IMG/VR virus record: IMGVR_UViG_3300020043_004003 | Coordinates: 1-36,277 of that record | DNA: 36,277 bases | DNA from: a virus | Lineage: Duplodnaviria > Caudoviricetes | Reading direction: 5' to 3' (one strand) | Shown: positions 33,473-36,277 of the stretch, one piece after another | Position numbering within the stretch: the stretch's first letter is position 1 | Layout: every line of letters begins with the position of its first letter | Notes under the pieces: model-generated | Database searches by the model: none | What the model saw: the letters and a program-made list of their open reading frames with translations, nothing else | Told to the model about the DNA's origin: nothing | Program-made: the position numbers and the translations under genes

Positions 33473-35004
33473 ACGTTTGTTTCCAAATGAGCCTGTATTC
33501 CCAAACCGTCGATTTGTATTGTCTCGCTTAATGTACTATTTGAAAACTTAAACCTTACAACCCTGCCCCTACCTAATAAGTCAACTCTTTTAACTTTCCC
33601 TCCAGAAGAACCATAAACATCTACACCATATATTGCAGAACCGTATGCTGCAGTTCCAGCACTAAGATTAATACTTATAGAAAATTGTTCAGCATTTTCG
33701 AAATCATAGGAATAACTTATGTTTAATACTGAATTTGCTGTCTGATAATAAATGTATATATGAGGTATTCCTTTTTGATCTACTAAATCATCAAAGTATA
33801 TCCAGTTCGTAAAATAATATTTATTAATAGCTGTCTGTACTTTTAATGGATAATCATCAGCCCCCGTATCAGCCCTATAAACATAGCCAGCATAGTCACC
33901 AAAATAAGGACGCTCATCAACCCCATCGACATAAACAGTTGCCATCGACGAACAAGCCATTCCGTCATATATGCTCCAAGAATTATTAAAAATATCAAAA
34001 ACAAATACTAGATCATTTTCTGTATCTGTTGGTAAAGCACATAAATATCTGTTCTTGTTCCTTTGTACGCAAGACCTAGCCTGATTCAATCGTGTTGTAT
34101 TTGTCTCTAAGAATGTCGTTGTAATTTTCTCAGATATTTTATAGCTGTTATTTCCATCGTAGAAATACCATCCATCGTGGCTTAAGAATATATGACCGTT
34201 CTCAAGTTCCTGAATACTAAACGGAGCAACACAACCGACAGCTGAATTGGACTTACCACCGCCAGGAAGAATGAATGGTATATCACTATCACCAGTAAAA
34301 AGCATATTATAAATAGACCTGCTTTTATAAATCACTAGCCTATCTGATAATACTCTTATCCCTGTTATATCCTGACCATCATCTTTAGCAACTTCAATAA
34401 AATTAGCGGAATCCCAAGTGCCTGTATCTTTAATATTGCTCCAATAAACTCTTGACTGATGAACTGTTCCAGATACTGTTACATTTGCTAAAAACAAATA
34501 ATTATTATATTGCTTGACAAATTTAGCTTTAGTTAAACCTGTAGGTACTGTCATTGCAGCACCATTGCCTGAACCTGACCACTTGAAAGGAACATCCACG
34601 TTATTAGTTATATAAACCTCGTTTAAGAAGTTGTCAAAATCGCAAAAGTTCCCTTCTGTGATGGTTAAAGAGCCTGTAATATCATCCCAAGTCCCGTCTA
34701 AATCATCCATCTTAAATAGTTTACCATCAGCAACTGTAATCAGTTTCCTAGTTAAAGTTCCGGAAAGAACGGCCTCATACCAATGAAGGCCGTCGTTGGT
34801 GGGTGCACTGGAGATAGCTGTGGAGTTTAGGTGGGTGTAGCCGTTACGCTTGAGGATAGAACCGAATTTATTGAAATCAACATTCCTTAGATCAGATGAC
34901 TCGCTATTCTCTAATCCCAATGAACCAGCAGTTGAATTTAAACCGCCTGTAAAATTCCGTAATGAGAATGGTTGTGAAGGAGTTGTATAATTACCGCCCG
35001 CCAT
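33469..35004 (-). CDS. Tail nozzle/stabilisation protein (P22 gp10 / T7 gp12-like beta-propeller)
   Basis: NFTGGLN...NVDFNKFGSILKRNG N-terminus, NNYLFLA, RVYWS, GCVAPFSI. Confidence 0.75.
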   Translation of the reverse strand: MAGGNYTTPSQPFSLRNFTGGLNSTAGSLGLENSESSDLRNVDFNKFGSILKRNGYTHLNSTAISSAPTNDGLHWYEAVLSGTLTRKLITVADGKLFKMDDLDGTWDDITGSLTITEGNFCDFDNFLNEVYITNNVDVPFKWSGSGNGAAMTVPTGLTKAKFVKQYNNYLFLANVTVSGTVHQSRVYWSNIKDTGTWDSANFIEVAKDDGQDITGIRVLSDRLVIYKSRSIYNMLFTGDSDIPFILPGGGKSNSAVGCVAPFSIQELENGHIFLSHDGWYFYDGNNSYKISEKITTTFLETNTTRLNQARSCVQRNKNRYLCALPTDTENDLVFVFDIFNNSWSIYDGMACSSMATVYVDGVDERPYFGDYAGYVYRADTGADDYPLKVQTAINKYYFTNWIYFDDLVDQKGIPHIYIYYQTANSVLNISYSYDFENAEQFSISINLSAGTAAYGSAIYGVDVYGSSGGKVKRVDLLGRGRVVRFKFSNSTLSETIQIDGLGIQAHLETNV

Positions 35005-36218
35005 TAAACTCTCCGTCCATAGTTAGCACCAATTTGTGCGTAAGATAAATATGGATGAACCATACCAACTCGACTTGTATTTGGTCTACCTTGTTTAGGA
35101 AACCAGTCAATCTTATCAGCATTAGTACGCCTTAAAGAACGAATCTCATCTTGATACAAAGCATAGAATTTGTCACCCTCATTCTGATTGTTCTCATACT
35201 TCATCTTCGATGTCGCTAATAATATGATAGCTTCATCAAATTCCTGACCTAACTCATGTACATCTTCAGCATTAACGAGTCTATAAGGGTCTTTATAATA
35301 CTGGACATTGATTGGGAATATATCGTTTGGAAGAGGGAATAATTGTATTTTTTTATACTGGATTCCAGCAGTCGTATCTCCGACTGGTAATACGGCAACA
35401 GTGTTATTACTAGAATTAGACGTTACAGTAACTCGACCTATCGTTGAACCTGATTTAACGACACGCTCAACCTTTGTGAATGATTTACTTCCAGCAGCGG
35501 ATGTTGTTCCATTCAAGTTGATAGTCTCATAATCAGGATAACCGCTAACCGTACCGAATACTGTCACTGAACCAGTTGTATCTGATGCACTAGACGACAC
35601 GATAGTTATAACAGATGCCTCTAATAACTGACTTATAACCATATCCTCGCCCCACATACGATAGGCGACTGGCGTTGATTCAGTTGTTGTGATTACACCT
35701 GAACCAAAAAACTCTTGGTCTGGGACATACTGTAACTGTAGAGGATAACCCCAAACTTCATGCCAGATAAACATCTTATGTCCTGCCTGTATCGGAAGAT
35801 TGTATTCTTCTTGGGCTAGGATGCTATAGTCGCCAGATGTTGTTGATTCTCCACCATAATTCTGATCTATGGTAAGCGTTGTTTCACCAGTAATCGTCTT
35901 AATGGTAAATACATTTGAATCACCAGATAGCGATATACGACGACCAACTTTAATACCATCCGTTATGAACGTAGCACCTGTAACAGATACACTCTTAGAA
36001 CCGTTGTTAAATGTTCCCGCTCCTGTACCTGTACTATATGTTGTGACAGTATCAAATGTTGTCTTGCGCCTTAATGGTCGCCATAACGCTTCTCTTGACA
36101 CCCTAAACAGAGAAGTATTTATAAGATTACTGATGGCAACATCAAAATTACTTCCACCAGAATCTTTTTGCGCCCTACGCTTGACTTCTACTTGTAAGTC
36201 TGAGAATGTCATTGACAT
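35004..36218 (-). CDS. Head-tail adaptor with inserted beta-rich domains
   Basis: MTFSDLQVEVKRR...LINTSL...W N-terminus; LFPLP...YYK...FDEAIILLA C-terminus; T/S/G-rich inserts. Confidence 0.65.
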   Translation of the reverse strand: MSMTFSDLQVEVKRRAQKDSGGSNFDVAISNLINTSLFRVSREALWRPLRRKTTFDTVTTYSTGTGAGTFNNGSKSVSVTGATFITDGIKVGRRISLSGDSNVFTIKTITGETTLTIDQNYGGESTTSGDYSILAQEEYNLPIQAGHKMFIWHEVWGYPLQLQYVPDQEFFGSGVITTTESTPVAYRMWGEDMVISQLLEASVITIVSSSASDTTGSVTVFGTVSGYPDYETINLNGTTSAAGSKSFTKVERVVKSGSTIGRVTVTSNSSNNTVAVLPVGDTTAGIQYKKIQLFPLPNDIFPINVQYYKDPYRLVNAEDVHELGQEFDEAIILLATSKMKYENNQNEGDKFYALYQDEIRSLRRTNADKIDWFPKQGRPNTSRVGMVHPYLSYAQIGANYGRRV

Positions 36219-36277
36219 TTATTTTACCTCGTTAGTTATACTTAAAGAATCTATCACGCCAGTATTTTAACATCTTT

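Noticed and set aside
1-36277. Alternative genetic code, DGR or integrase
   Set aside because: Long ORFs are intact under the standard code with all three stops in use; no reverse transcriptase, TR/VR pair or recombinase motif seen.

Overview
Most of a tailed dsDNA phage genome with podovirus-like gene order, apparently circularly permuted, with part of the tail/fibre module missing between the two window ends. The minus strand carries the virion module: small terminase, GH108 lysozyme, large terminase, portal, scaffold, major capsid, accessory head proteins, a glycosyltransferase and a signal-peptide-bearing GIGT-repeat fibre (1-12147), plus adaptor, nozzle, two paralogous fibres, a GNAT and three ejection-type proteins (26667-36218). 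The plus strand (13009-26617) carries the early/replication module: RHH regulators, HNH, D5/SF3 helicase, RecT-like annealase, exonuclease, SSB-like protein, ERCC4 nuclease, C5 methyltransferase and many small ORFs. I see no integrase, ParA/ParB or DNA polymerase in the window. Three things stand out. (1) A family of at least five tRNA-shaped non-coding elements with conserved closing stems but unrelated interiors, four of them in a tandem A-B-A-B array (20620-21124). (2) A divergent intergenic region packed with host-chromosome-type cis sites (parS, dif, extra XerD half-site, IHF, CIRCE) next to an iteron-like origin. (3) A leader-peptide/kissing-loop riboregulator upstream of the replication genes. 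All product calls come from motif recognition and synteny by eye; no database searches were run.
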